NCBI GenBank assembly: GCA_903889965.1 | Contig: CAISZM010000040.1 | Location: 38,439-102,438 of the forward strand | Reading direction: 5' to 3' | Length of the DNA stretch: 64,000 nucleotides | From: an uncultured Elusimicrobia bacterium | GTDB lineage: Bacteria > Elusimicrobiota > Elusimicrobia > Elusimicrobiales > UBA9959 | Shown: one piece after another, positions 1 through 8,618 of the stretch | Layout: every line of letters begins with the position of its first letter | Position numbering within the stretch: position 1 is the stretch's first letter | The notes under the pieces: generated by a model | Database searches by the model: none | What the model was told of the DNA's origin: nothing | The model's input: only the letters and a program-made list of their open reading frames with translations | Made by a program: the position numbers and the translations under genes

Positions 1-1
1 C

Positions 2-1054
2 TACATGCTGGCGCGCCTGCATTTCCTTTACGAAATAGCTCCGGGGGCTCTTGAAGTAGTAATGCTTGTAGGCTGCTTCACGGCTTTCTTCGCCGCCGTC
101 GTGGGCCTGCTCCAGCGGGACATAAAGAAAGTGCTGGCCTATTCCACGATAAGCCAGCTTGGATATATGTTCATGGCGGCCGGCGCCGGGGCCTTCTCGG
201 CCTCCATCTTCCACCTCGCAACGCACGCCTTCTTCAAAGCCCTGCTGTTCCTCGGCGCGGGCTCGGTGATACACGGCATGAACGGCGAACAGGATATGTT
301 CAAAATGGGGGGATTAAGGAAAGAAATGCCCTTTACCTTCCTGCTTATGGCCTCCGGCTGGCTTGCCATAACGGGCATACCCGGGCTGTCAGGCTTTTAT
401 TCTAAAGACCTGATACTGGAAAAGGTTTTTGAACACGGCGGCCCGTTCCTCTGGGGCATGGGCGTGCTTACCGCGGGCCTGACCGCGTTCTACACCACCA
501 GGCTGATCATACTTACCTTTCTGCGCGCCAAGCGCGGACACGCGCACGCGCACGAATCCCCGCTCTCGATGACGCTGCCAATGGCGGTTCTCGCGGTCCT
601 TGCTCTCGCCGGCGGTTTCCTGCTCAAGGACAGGCTGCTGGCCTTCCTGGATCCGGCCGCGGTCCCTCTCGCGGATAACGGCGCTTCCAAACTGATGATG
701 ATATCCGTGGGCGCCTGCCTGGCCGGCATCGGCGCGGCCTTCGTTCTTACGCTGCCGAAAGCGGCGGTTTTCCTTAAAAACACTTTTTCTCCTCTGCACA
801 CCCTCATATACCGCAAGTTTTACGCCGACGAAATATACGGCCTCGTCATAATAAGACCGCTCCGCTTTATATCCGCCAGGGTGCTCGCACAACTGGTCGA
901 CGCCGGGCTGATCGACGGCTTTGCGGTTAACGGCTCAGCCCGTGCGGCCGGCGCGGCGGGCAGAACACTCTCGAAGGCGCAAAACGGCCGGCTGGACCTT
1001 TACGCCCTGGTCTTCTCTCTCGGTGTCGCGGCCATGCTGCTCTGGATAATCTGA
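2..1054 (+). CDS. nuoL: NADH-quinone oxidoreductase subunit L, C-terminal part (5' end outside window)
   Basis: The frame is open from the window edge. It encodes a polytopic membrane protein with the antiporter-like core 'AYSTISQLGYMF...HAFFKALLFLGAGSVIH', and is followed directly by nuoM and nuoN. Confidence 0.9.
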   Translation, partial: YMLARLHFLYEIAPGALEVVMLVGCFTAFFAAVVGLLQRDIKKVLAYSTISQLGYMFMAAGAGAFSASIFHLATHAFFKALLFLGAGSVIHGMNGEQDMFKMGGLRKEMPFTFLLMASGWLAITGIPGLSGFYSKDLILEKVFEHGGPFLWGMGVLTAGLTAFYTTRLIILTFLRAKRGHAHAHESPLSMTLPMAVLAVLALAGGFLLKDRLLAFLDPAAVPLADNGASKLMMISVGACLAGIGAAFVLTLPKAAVFLKNTFSPLHTLIYRKFYADEIYGLVIIRPLRFISARVLAQLVDAGLIDGFAVNGSARAAGAAGRTLSKAQNGRLDLYALVFSLGVAAMLLWII

Positions 1055-1055
1055 T

Positions 1056-2579
1056 ATGGAATTGCTGACAAACCCGCTTTCGCTACTTATAATTCTGCCC
1101 GCGGCCGCAGGCCTCGCGCTCCTGGCCGTTCCGCGGGAGAAAACAAGCGCGCTGAAAGGCATCTCCCTCTCAGCCGCCATACTGGTCTTCCTGGTATCGC
1201 TGAAGCTCTACGCCGGCTTCGAGCCGGCCTCGGCGGCCATGCAGTTCCAGCTCGACAAGCCCTGGCTGCCGGGCTACGGCGTCAGCTATGCCCTCGGCGT
1301 GGACGGGATAAGCCTGCTGATGATAATGCTGACCGCCTTCCTCATGCCTTTGGCTTTGCTCGCGTCCTTCAGCTACATAAAGGAGGCGCAGCGGGCTTAT
1401 TACATCTGCCTGATGTTCCTCGAAGCGTCCATGATAGGCGTGTTCGCCGCGCTGGACATTTTCGTTTTCTACCTGTTCTGGGAGGGCATGCTGATACCGA
1501 TGTACTTCCTGATAGGGGTCTGGGGCGGGCCGCGCCGCGTCTACGCAGCGCTCAAGTTCTTCATCTACACGATGGCGGGCTCGGTACTGATGCTGGCAGG
1601 CATACTCTGGATCGTCTCGGCTCACCACGCCGCCTCCGGCGTCTGGACCTTCTCCATGCCGGCGCTTTACGCGGGCGCGCTGACGCGTGAGGCCCAGTTC
1701 TGGCTGTTCTCGGCCTTTGCCCTGGCCTTCGCCGTAAAAGTTCCGCTCTTCCCTTTCCACACCTGGCTGCCGGACGCCCACGTCGAGGCCCCCACTGCGG
1801 GCAGCGTGCTGCTGGCCGGCGTCCTGCTGAAAATGGGCGTTTACGGCTACCTGCGCCTGGCCGTGCCGCTGTTCCCGCAAGCGGCGCTGATCTTCGCCCC
1901 CTGGCTCGCGGGACTCGGCGTTGTGGGCGTAATTTACGGCTCGCTCGTAGCCTGGAGCCAGCGCGACATGAAGAAAATGGTGGCTTACTCTTCGGTGGCG
2001 CACCTGGGTATCGTAATGCTCGGCATAATGTCCTTCGAGCCCTCGGCCGTGGCCGGAGCTGTGCTCGAGATGGCCAACCACGGACTCTCCACCGGCGCGC
2101 TGTTCCTGCTGGTGGGCATACTCTACGAACGGCGCCACACCCGCATGATAGAGGACTACGGCGGCCTGGCGAAAGTCATGCCGGGTTTCGCGGCGGTCTT
2201 CATGATAGTTACCCTTTCGTCGGTGGGGCTTCCCGGGCTCAACGGTTTCGTAGGGGAAGTGCTGGTGCTGTTCGGCTCCTTCAAGGTCTACCCCTGGCTG
2301 GCCGGGGCCGCGGTTTCCGGAGTAATACTCTCCGCGGTGTATATGCTCGGCATGTACCAGCAGGTCGTTTTTGGACCGCTGCGCCACACCGAGAACAAGG
2401 TGCTGCCGGACCTGAACGCCCGCGAGTGGCTTTACCTGCTGCCGATACTAGCCTTTATAGTTCTAATAGGGGTCTGGCCCGGGCCGTTCATTAAACGCAT
2501 CATGCCCGCCGCGAACAGCTACATAGCCCTGTCGCGGCAGGCCGCACCCGCCGCCGCGGCCGTGGAGGCGCTCAAATGA
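1056..2579 (+). CDS. nuoM: NADH-quinone oxidoreductase subunit M
   Basis: 507-aa polytopic ORF starting 1 nt after the nuoL stop. 'FHTWLPDAHVEAPTAGSVLLAGVLLKMG' is typical of NuoM/ND4. Confidence 0.93.
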   Translation: MELLTNPLSLLIILPAAAGLALLAVPREKTSALKGISLSAAILVFLVSLKLYAGFEPASAAMQFQLDKPWLPGYGVSYALGVDGISLLMIMLTAFLMPLALLASFSYIKEAQRAYYICLMFLEASMIGVFAALDIFVFYLFWEGMLIPMYFLIGVWGGPRRVYAALKFFIYTMAGSVLMLAGILWIVSAHHAASGVWTFSMPALYAGALTREAQFWLFSAFALAFAVKVPLFPFHTWLPDAHVEAPTAGSVLLAGVLLKMGVYGYLRLAVPLFPQAALIFAPWLAGLGVVGVIYGSLVAWSQRDMKKMVAYSSVAHLGIVMLGIMSFEPSAVAGAVLEMANHGLSTGALFLLVGILYERRHTRMIEDYGGLAKVMPGFAAVFMIVTLSSVGLPGLNGFVGEVLVLFGSFKVYPWLAGAAVSGVILSAVYMLGMYQQVVFGPLRHTENKVLPDLNAREWLYLLPILAFIVLIGVWPGPFIKRIMPAANSYIALSRQAAPAAAAVEALK

Positions 2580-4012
2580 CCGATCCCGCCGCCGCTTACG
2601 CGGCCTCCGCCCTCGCCGGGCCGCTCCTCCTGATACTGGCGGCTTTCGCCTGCCTGCTTCTGCCGCTTTTCTTCAGGCCGCTGCGCGGCTCACAGGGACT
2701 TATAGCTTTTGGCGCTGTGCTTACGGCGCTCACTTTCACCCGGCGCGCCCCTTCAGCGGAATTCGCTTTGTTCAGCGGGGCCCTGCTGCTCAGCCCGCTC
2801 TCCGCCTACCTGTGGGCCTTCGTGCTGGGCGTCCTTGCGCTGGTAATAACGCTGTCTATCTCGCGGCCCGCCGCGCCCGATGAGAACCGGGGGGAATATT
2901 ATTTCCTGCTTTTGACGGCCGGCACGGGCCTGATGGTCCTCGTGGCCGCCGGAGACCTCTTCACCGCCTTCATCGCCCTGGAACTGCTCAGCCTGCCGGT
3001 TTACGCCCTCGCCGGGATAAGGCGCTCAAAGCCGGGGCTTGAGGCGGCCTATAAATATTTCATGCTGGGAACTTTCGGCTCCGCCATGACCGTAATGGGG
3101 ATAGCTGTGCTGAACGCGCTTTACCCGTCGCTGGCCTTCTCCACGCTTAAGGCGGGCGCCGCCGGGCCCCTGGCCCTCGCCGGGTTCCTCCTCGTCATCT
3201 CCGGCTTCGCCTTCAAAACGGCGCTGGTGCCGTTCCACATGTGGGTACCTGACGCCTATGAAGGCGCCCCCACGCAGATCTCGGCCTTCATGGGCGCGGC
3301 TCTCAAGGCGGGCGGGGTGATAGTGCTCTGGCGCCTTTTCAGCCTTTTTGACGGGGGGCCGGTGCGCGAGATATTCTGGTGCCTGGCGGCGGTCACGGTC
3401 GTGACCGCCAACCTGGCCGCGCTGGCCCAGAACGGCCTCAAGCGCCTGCTCGCCTACTCGAGCGTGGCCCACGCCGGATATATCGCCGTCGCCTTCTTCG
3501 GAGGGCAGCGGGGTTTCGAAGCCATCCTTTACTACCTCCCGGTTTACGCCATGGCTACCATAGGGGCTTTCGCCGTAACGCTGGCGCTTGAGAAAGACGA
3601 CAAAGGGCCGCGGATAGAGGACCTGGCGGGTCTGGCTAGGTCCCGGCCATGGCTGGCCTTCGCGATGTCGTCTTTCATGTTCTCGCTCGCCGGTGTGCCG
3701 CCCCTGGCGGGGTTCTTCGCCAAATTCTTCGCCTTTACCGGAGCTGTGAATTCGGGCTATACCGGCCTGGTAGTTATCGCGGTTATTATGAGCGCGGTGT
3801 CCATGTACTACTACCTGAGGGTTACGGTTGCGATGTACATGACCCCGCCTCCGGATCCCGGCGCGGTTGTGCAGCCGGCGGGCGGAGATACAACCGGGCC
3901 GCTGGGAGCCGCAGGACTTGTAGTTGGTTTGATGGCGGCCGGAGTGATATTAGCCGGAGTATTCTCGCGGCCGCTGCTGGCGCTTGCCGCTGAAGCCGCG
4001 CGCTGGTTTTAA
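2576..4012 (+). CDS. nuoN: NADH-quinone oxidoreductase subunit N
   Basis: 478-aa ORF with an ATGA start/stop overlap with nuoM. 'PFHMWVPDAYEGAPT' and 'LLAYSSVAHAGY' are typical of NuoN/ND2. Confidence 0.92.
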   Translation: MTDPAAAYAASALAGPLLLILAAFACLLLPLFFRPLRGSQGLIAFGAVLTALTFTRRAPSAEFALFSGALLLSPLSAYLWAFVLGVLALVITLSISRPAAPDENRGEYYFLLLTAGTGLMVLVAAGDLFTAFIALELLSLPVYALAGIRRSKPGLEAAYKYFMLGTFGSAMTVMGIAVLNALYPSLAFSTLKAGAAGPLALAGFLLVISGFAFKTALVPFHMWVPDAYEGAPTQISAFMGAALKAGGVIVLWRLFSLFDGGPVREIFWCLAAVTVVTANLAALAQNGLKRLLAYSSVAHAGYIAVAFFGGQRGFEAILYYLPVYAMATIGAFAVTLALEKDDKGPRIEDLAGLARSRPWLAFAMSSFMFSLAGVPPLAGFFAKFFAFTGAVNSGYTGLVVIAVIMSAVSMYYYLRVTVAMYMTPPPDPGAVVQPAGGDTTGPLGAAGLVVGLMAAGVILAGVFSRPLLALAAEAARWF

Positions 4013-4024
4013 AGGAGTTCAACT

Positions 4025-5179
4025 ATGGATTATTTACTTACCGAGCAGCAGACGATGATACGCGACCTCGCAAGGAAGATAGCCCAGGAAAAGATAAAAC
4101 CCGTGGCTGCCCACTACGACGAGACCGAGGAGTTCGCCTGGCCCATAATGAAGATACTGGCCGACAGCGACCTTTTCGGCGTCTACCTGCCGGAACAATA
4201 CGGAGGCCTCGGCGGGGGCATCATGGACATGTGCCTCGTGACCGAGGAACTTTCCAGGGCCTGCGGCGGCATAGCGCTCGGCTATGCGGGCACCGGGCTG
4301 GGCACCCTGCCGATACTTCTGCACGGCTCGGACGATCAAAAGAAGAAATACCTGCCCGATATCGCCGCGGGGAAGAGGCTAGCCGCTTTCTGCATAACCG
4401 AAGCCGGGGCCGGCTCCGACGCGGGTTCGATAAAGACCAGCGCCAGGAAGGAAGGCGGTAAATATATACTCAACGGTACCAAGCAGTGGATAACCAACGC
4501 GGGCGAAGCGGAAATCTATACCGTAATAGCTTTGACCGACAAATCGAAAGGTATCCGCGGCGCCAGCGCCTTCGTGGTCGAGAAGGGCACAAAAGGCATG
4601 GAGTTCGGCAAGAAAGAGAAGAAACTGGGCATACGCGCCTCCGCCACGCGCGAAGTGATATTCACCGACTGCGAGATCCCCGCCGAGAACCTCCTGGCGA
4701 GGGAAGGCATGGGCTTCATCGTCGCCATGAAGACGCTGGACACCTCGCGGCCCGGAGTCGCGGCGCAGGCCGTCGGCATAGCCCAGGGAGCGCTCGACTG
4801 CGCCCTCGAGTACGCCCGCGGCCGCGTGCAGTTCGGCCAGCCCATCTCCAGCTTCCAGGCTATACAGCATATGCTGGCCGACATGGGAACTCAGGTAGAA
4901 GCCGCGCGCGCCCTCGCCTACGCGACCGCCCGCATGGTGGACTCCGGCGCGAAATCCGTATCCAAGGAATCCGCCATGGCCAAGCTTTTCGCCAGCGACG
5001 TGGCCATGAAGGTGGCCGTAGACGCCGTACAGATACTTGGCGGCTACGGCTATATGCGCGACTACCCGGCGGAAAAGTACATGCGCGACGCGAAGATAAC
5101 GCAGATATATGAAGGAACGAACCAGATACAGCGCAATGTCATAGCCGCCAATATGCTTAAGGAAGCGCTGAAGAAATAG
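4025..5179 (+). CDS. acyl-CoA dehydrogenase (short-chain/butyryl-CoA dehydrogenase-like)
   Basis: 384 aa, starting 12 nt after the nuoN stop with AGGAG upstream. ACAD hallmarks are 'FCITEAGAGSDAGS' and C-terminal 'GGYGYMRDYPAEKYMRDAKITQIYEGTNQIQR'. Confidence 0.92.
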   Translation: MDYLLTEQQTMIRDLARKIAQEKIKPVAAHYDETEEFAWPIMKILADSDLFGVYLPEQYGGLGGGIMDMCLVTEELSRACGGIALGYAGTGLGTLPILLHGSDDQKKKYLPDIAAGKRLAAFCITEAGAGSDAGSIKTSARKEGGKYILNGTKQWITNAGEAEIYTVIALTDKSKGIRGASAFVVEKGTKGMEFGKKEKKLGIRASATREVIFTDCEIPAENLLAREGMGFIVAMKTLDTSRPGVAAQAVGIAQGALDCALEYARGRVQFGQPISSFQAIQHMLADMGTQVEAARALAYATARMVDSGAKSVSKESAMAKLFASDVAMKVAVDAVQILGGYGYMRDYPAEKYMRDAKITQIYEGTNQIQRNVIAANMLKEALKK

Positions 5180-5223
5180 TTTTTTATATGCCGCGCGCAA
5201 GCTAGCGCGGTCGGGGTCCTGGC

Positions 5224-5332
5224 GAAGTATGGGCCCGTCGGGCACGGGGTCCGCCAGCGCGACGGCCCCTCCGCACTCACCCTCCTGTATGCACAGGTCG
5301 GGTTCCGTGAGGGCCCTCCGAACCCATACTTC
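5224..5332 (+). promoter_or_regulatory. intercistronic stem-loop element closed by a 10-bp inverted repeat (GAAGTATGGG / CCCATACTTC)
   Basis: 5224-5233 is the exact reverse complement of 5323-5332. The interior holds further hairpins (GGGTTC...GAACCC around the palindrome GAGGGCCCTC, and CCCGT..ACGGG). It lies in the 205-nt gap between acd and etfB. Confidence 0.4.
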
Positions 5333-5384
5333 ACCACCCCTCCTAAGGGCGCGGCAACCAGGTTAGCAGCGGGGTCATGAAAGA

Positions 5385-6167
5385 ATGAACATAATCGTCT
5401 GCATAAAACAGGTCCCGAACACCACCGACGTAAGGATCGACCCGGTCACGAACACCCTTATCCGTGACGGCGTGGAAAGCGTCATAAACCCTTTCGACGC
5501 CTACGCCATCGAGGAGGCCGTGCGCATAAAAGAGCGCTGCGGCGGCAAGGTCACCGCCTTGACCATGGGCCCGCCCCAGGCCGAGACCGCCCTCAGGGAA
5601 GCCATATCCCTCGGCTGCGACGAGGCCGTCCTGGTCAGCGACCGCAAGTTCGCCGGCTCCGACACCTGGGCCACAAGCTACACCCTCGCCGCCGCCATAC
5701 GGAAGATAGGAGATTTCGACGTCGTACTCTGCGGCAAGCAGGCCTCGGACGGCGACACGGCGCAGGTAGGCCCCGGCATCTCCGCCCACCTCGACATTCC
5801 CCAGGTAACCTATATAAAGAAGATACTCCAGATCTCGGCGCAGGGAGCCAGAGTAGAGCGCATGACGGAGGAGGGTTATGACGAGGTTGAGACGCCGCTC
5901 CCTTGCCTTTTCACCGTGGTAAAGGAGATAAACACTCCGCGTATGCCGTCCTTAAAAGGCATGATGCGGGCCAAGTCCGCGAAGCCCGTAAAATGGACCG
6001 CAGCGGACCTGGAGGCCGATCCCGCGGCTCTGGGTCTGGAAGGCTCTCCCACGCGCGTTCTAAAGATCTTTACTCCCGTGCCAAGGAAGGGGGGCGAAAT
6101 GCTCTCCGGTTCCGCCGCGGACGTTTCAAAGGAGCTCGCCGAGCTGCTGAAGGACATGGTCGTTTAA
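5385..6167 (+). CDS. etfB: electron transfer flavoprotein beta subunit (EtfB/FixA family)
   Basis: 260 aa. The N-terminus 'MNIIVCIKQVPNT' and the segment 'LCGKQASDGDTAQVGP' are typical of EtfB. Confidence 0.93.
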   Translation: MNIIVCIKQVPNTTDVRIDPVTNTLIRDGVESVINPFDAYAIEEAVRIKERCGGKVTALTMGPPQAETALREAISLGCDEAVLVSDRKFAGSDTWATSYTLAAAIRKIGDFDVVLCGKQASDGDTAQVGPGISAHLDIPQVTYIKKILQISAQGARVERMTEEGYDEVETPLPCLFTVVKEINTPRMPSLKGMMRAKSAKPVKWTAADLEADPAALGLEGSPTRVLKIFTPVPRKGGEMLSGSAADVSKELAELLKDMVV

Positions 6168-6168
6168 T

Positions 6169-7371
6169 ATGGCTTCCATAACCATACTGTTGGACCAATG
6201 CACCGGCTGCACGCTGTGCTTAAAGGCCTGTCCCTTCGGCGCCGTACACATGGCCAATAAGAAGGCCGTTATAGACATGGCCAAATGCACGCTTTGCGGC
6301 GCCTGCGCCGGGGCATGCAAGTTCGGGGCAATAGAGCTGAAAGATCTCTCCGGGCCCAAAAGGGATCTTTCGGCATACAAGGACGTCTGGGTTTTCTGCG
6401 AGCAAAAGAAGGGGCACATACAATCGATATCCTTCGAACTGCTCGGCGAGGGGAAAAAGCTGGCCTCGAAACTGGGAGTCAAACTCTGCGCGGTAATACT
6501 CGGCAGCGGCATAGAGCCCAAGATAGCGGAGCTTTCAGAGCGCGGCGCCGACAAGGTCTACCTCGTCGACCACCCGGCGCTGCAATTCTACCAGGACGAC
6601 CCGTACACCGAAGCGCTGGTTAAACTCGTGGAGGAATACAAGCCGGAGATCGTACTCTGCGGCGCCACCACCATCGGCAGGAGCCTCATTTCGCGCGTGG
6701 CGATAAGAACGGGCGCGGGCCTCACCGCCGACTGCACCGGGCTCGATATAGACGGAAAAGAACGGCTGCTGCTGCAGACACGCCCTGCCTTCGGCGGGAA
6801 TATCATGGCTACCATAGTGACCCCGCGCCACAGGCCGCAGATGGCCACGGTACGGCACAAGGTAATGCAGGAAGCGGGCATAGACAAGGGCAATAAGGCC
6901 GAGGTGGTGCGCAAGACATACCCGGAAGAAGTTTTCAAGTCGCGCACCCGGCTTATCGAAACCGTGGAAGAAATCAGCGAAACCATCAACCTCTCCGAAG
7001 CCGACATCATAGTGGCCGGCGGCCGCGGGCTGGGCGGTAATGAGGGTTTCGCCATGATAGGCGAACTGGCAAAAGTCCTTAACGGCGCCGTCGGCGCCTC
7101 ACGGAGCGCCGTGGACGCCGGCTGGATACCTTATTCGCACCAGGTGGGGCAGACCGGCAAGACCGTCGTCCCCAAGCTCTACATAGCCTGCGGCATCTCC
7201 GGCCAGATACAGCATCTCATAGGCATGCAGTCCTCCAAGGTCATCGTGGCGATAAACAAAGATCCGGATGCGCCGATATTAAAAGTGGCTACCTACGGGA
7301 TAGTAGGCGACGCCCTGGAAATAGTGCCGGCGCTCACCAGGGAGTTCCGGCGCCTGCTGGGAAAGAAATAG
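6169..7371 (+). CDS. etfA: electron transfer flavoprotein alpha subunit with N-terminal 2x[4Fe-4S] ferredoxin domain
   Basis: 400 aa, starting 1 nt after the etfB stop. The N-terminus has two CxxCxxCxxxC motifs (CTGCTLCLKACP, CTLCGACAGAC). The EtfA/FixB body ends with 'YIACGISGQIQHLIGM'. Confidence 0.92.
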   Translation: MASITILLDQCTGCTLCLKACPFGAVHMANKKAVIDMAKCTLCGACAGACKFGAIELKDLSGPKRDLSAYKDVWVFCEQKKGHIQSISFELLGEGKKLASKLGVKLCAVILGSGIEPKIAELSERGADKVYLVDHPALQFYQDDPYTEALVKLVEEYKPEIVLCGATTIGRSLISRVAIRTGAGLTADCTGLDIDGKERLLLQTRPAFGGNIMATIVTPRHRPQMATVRHKVMQEAGIDKGNKAEVVRKTYPEEVFKSRTRLIETVEEISETINLSEADIIVAGGRGLGGNEGFAMIGELAKVLNGAVGASRSAVDAGWIPYSHQVGQTGKTVVPKLYIACGISGQIQHLIGMQSSKVIVAINKDPDAPILKVATYGIVGDALEIVPALTREFRRLLGKK

Positions 7372-7418
7372 CGGATAAGATCGAATAGAAAGATTATTGC
7401 GCACCGGGTTCAACCTAA

Positions 7419-8618
7419 ATGGATGTATTTTTAAACAAAGAGAGCTGCAGCGGATGTACCGCCTGCGAACATATCTGCCCCGTTAACTGCATAAGCATGG
7501 CCGCAGACGAAAAAGGTTTTTCATATCCGCAGATCCATATGCCGGCATGCACAAATTGCGGGCTATGCCGGACGGTCTGCCCGTTCAGGAAGGATACCTG
7601 GGAGGGTAAACTTTTTTTCCCGGCGCCAAAGATCTATGCGGTAAAGCACAAGGATGAGCCGGTCAGGGCGGCCAGCAGTTCCGGGGGGGCCTTTACCGCT
7701 GTGTCGGATTGGTTTTTAAAGAACAATGGGATCGTTTATGGCGCGGCCTTTGATGATAATTTCAGGGTCTGCCACATAAGATGTGAGAACTCCCTTGAAA
7801 GGAACAAACTTAGAGGGTCCAAGTATGTACAAAGTGAATTGGGGGATATATTTTTAAAGGTTCAGGCCGATCTGGCGGACGGCAGGAAAGTTTTATTCAG
7901 CGGCACCCCCTGCCAGACTGCCGGTCTATACGCCTATTTAGGAACAGATCACGAGAATCTCTTCTGCTGTGATCTTGTGTGCCATGGCGTCCCTAGCCCC
8001 AAAATATTCAAAGAGTATCTGGAATATGTGGCCCGGCAGAACAAAAAAAAGATCGTCGGGCTGGATTTCAGGGATAAAATAAAGGGCTGGGTGAAGTTTT
8101 CGTTCACGATCACATTCCGGGATAAGATCAAAAGCGCATGGATCTTAGACGATCCGTATGGCTTCCTGTTTTTAAGGAATATTATTCTGAGGCCTGCATG
8201 TTATAGCTGCAGATTCGCCAGCTTTACGCGGCCGGCGGACATAACGATCGGCGATTTCTGGGATATCGGCAAAATTTTGCCGGGATTTTCCGACGACAAA
8301 GGCGTTTCGCTGGTCCTGATCAATACCGGCAAAGGGGAGAGCCTTTTTGACCTTATAAAAAGCGAGATAGAATTTAAGCCAGGCAGCACCGCGGCATGTA
8401 CCAATCAGAATCTCTTTCACCCGACACGGCCGTCGCCGCAGCTTGCAAGTTTTTGGGCGGATTATGCCAAAAAAGGATTTGAATATGTTATTTTTAAATA
8501 TACCCTTATCAGCCCAGCTAACCGCGTAAAGGAAAAGCTATATGCGCTAGCAAGACACAAACTGGTTTCCCCGTATTTACAGGGGCTTAAAAGAGTCATC
8601 TTCAAACATAAAAAATGA
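7419..8618 (+). CDS. FrhB/FdhB-like Fe-S flavoprotein (coenzyme F420 hydrogenase/dehydrogenase beta-subunit family)
   Basis: 399 aa. N-terminal 'CSGCTACEHICP' and 'CTNCGLCRTVCP' are followed by an FrhB-type body ('SSSGGAFTAV', 'FSGTPCQTAG'). It is the first gene of the lower-GC polysaccharide island. Confidence 0.75.
   Translation: MDVFLNKESCSGCTACEHICPVNCISMAADEKGFSYPQIHMPACTNCGLCRTVCPFRKDTWEGKLFFPAPKIYAVKHKDEPVRAASSSGGAFTAVSDWFLKNNGIVYGAAFDDNFRVCHIRCENSLERNKLRGSKYVQSELGDIFLKVQADLADGRKVLFSGTPCQTAGLYAYLGTDHENLFCCDLVCHGVPSPKIFKEYLEYVARQNKKKIVGLDFRDKIKGWVKFSFTITFRDKIKSAWILDDPYGFLFLRNIILRPACYSCRFASFTRPADITIGDFWDIGKILPGFSDDKGVSLVLINTGKGESLFDLIKSEIEFKPGSTAACTNQNLFHPTRPSPQLASFWADYAKKGFEYVIFKYTLISPANRVKEKLYALARHKLVSPYLQGLKRVIFKHKK

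Noticed and set aside
1170-2387. Long antisense or alternative-frame ORFs throughout the window. Examples are 1170-2387(-), 20668-21720(+), 22819-24087(-), 24290-25393(-), 31248-33218(+), 40451-42787(+), 43320-44300(+), 46559-48037(+) and 55005-55829(+).
   Set aside because: Each lies opposite or out of frame with a gene that has unmistakable family motifs. Their translations are Arg/Gly/His/Pro-rich with no recognisable motifs. This is the usual stop-codon-poor shadow-ORF effect in high-GC DNA.
5224-5340. A possible shared repeat family between the acd-etfB element (reverse complement begins GGGGTGGTGAAGTATGGG) and 35252-35370 (GGGGTGGTACGGAGTATCC...).
   Set aside because: Only the first ~8 nt and a few short words match, and the similar words are not collinear. 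In GC-rich sequence this is within chance expectation without an alignment statistic.
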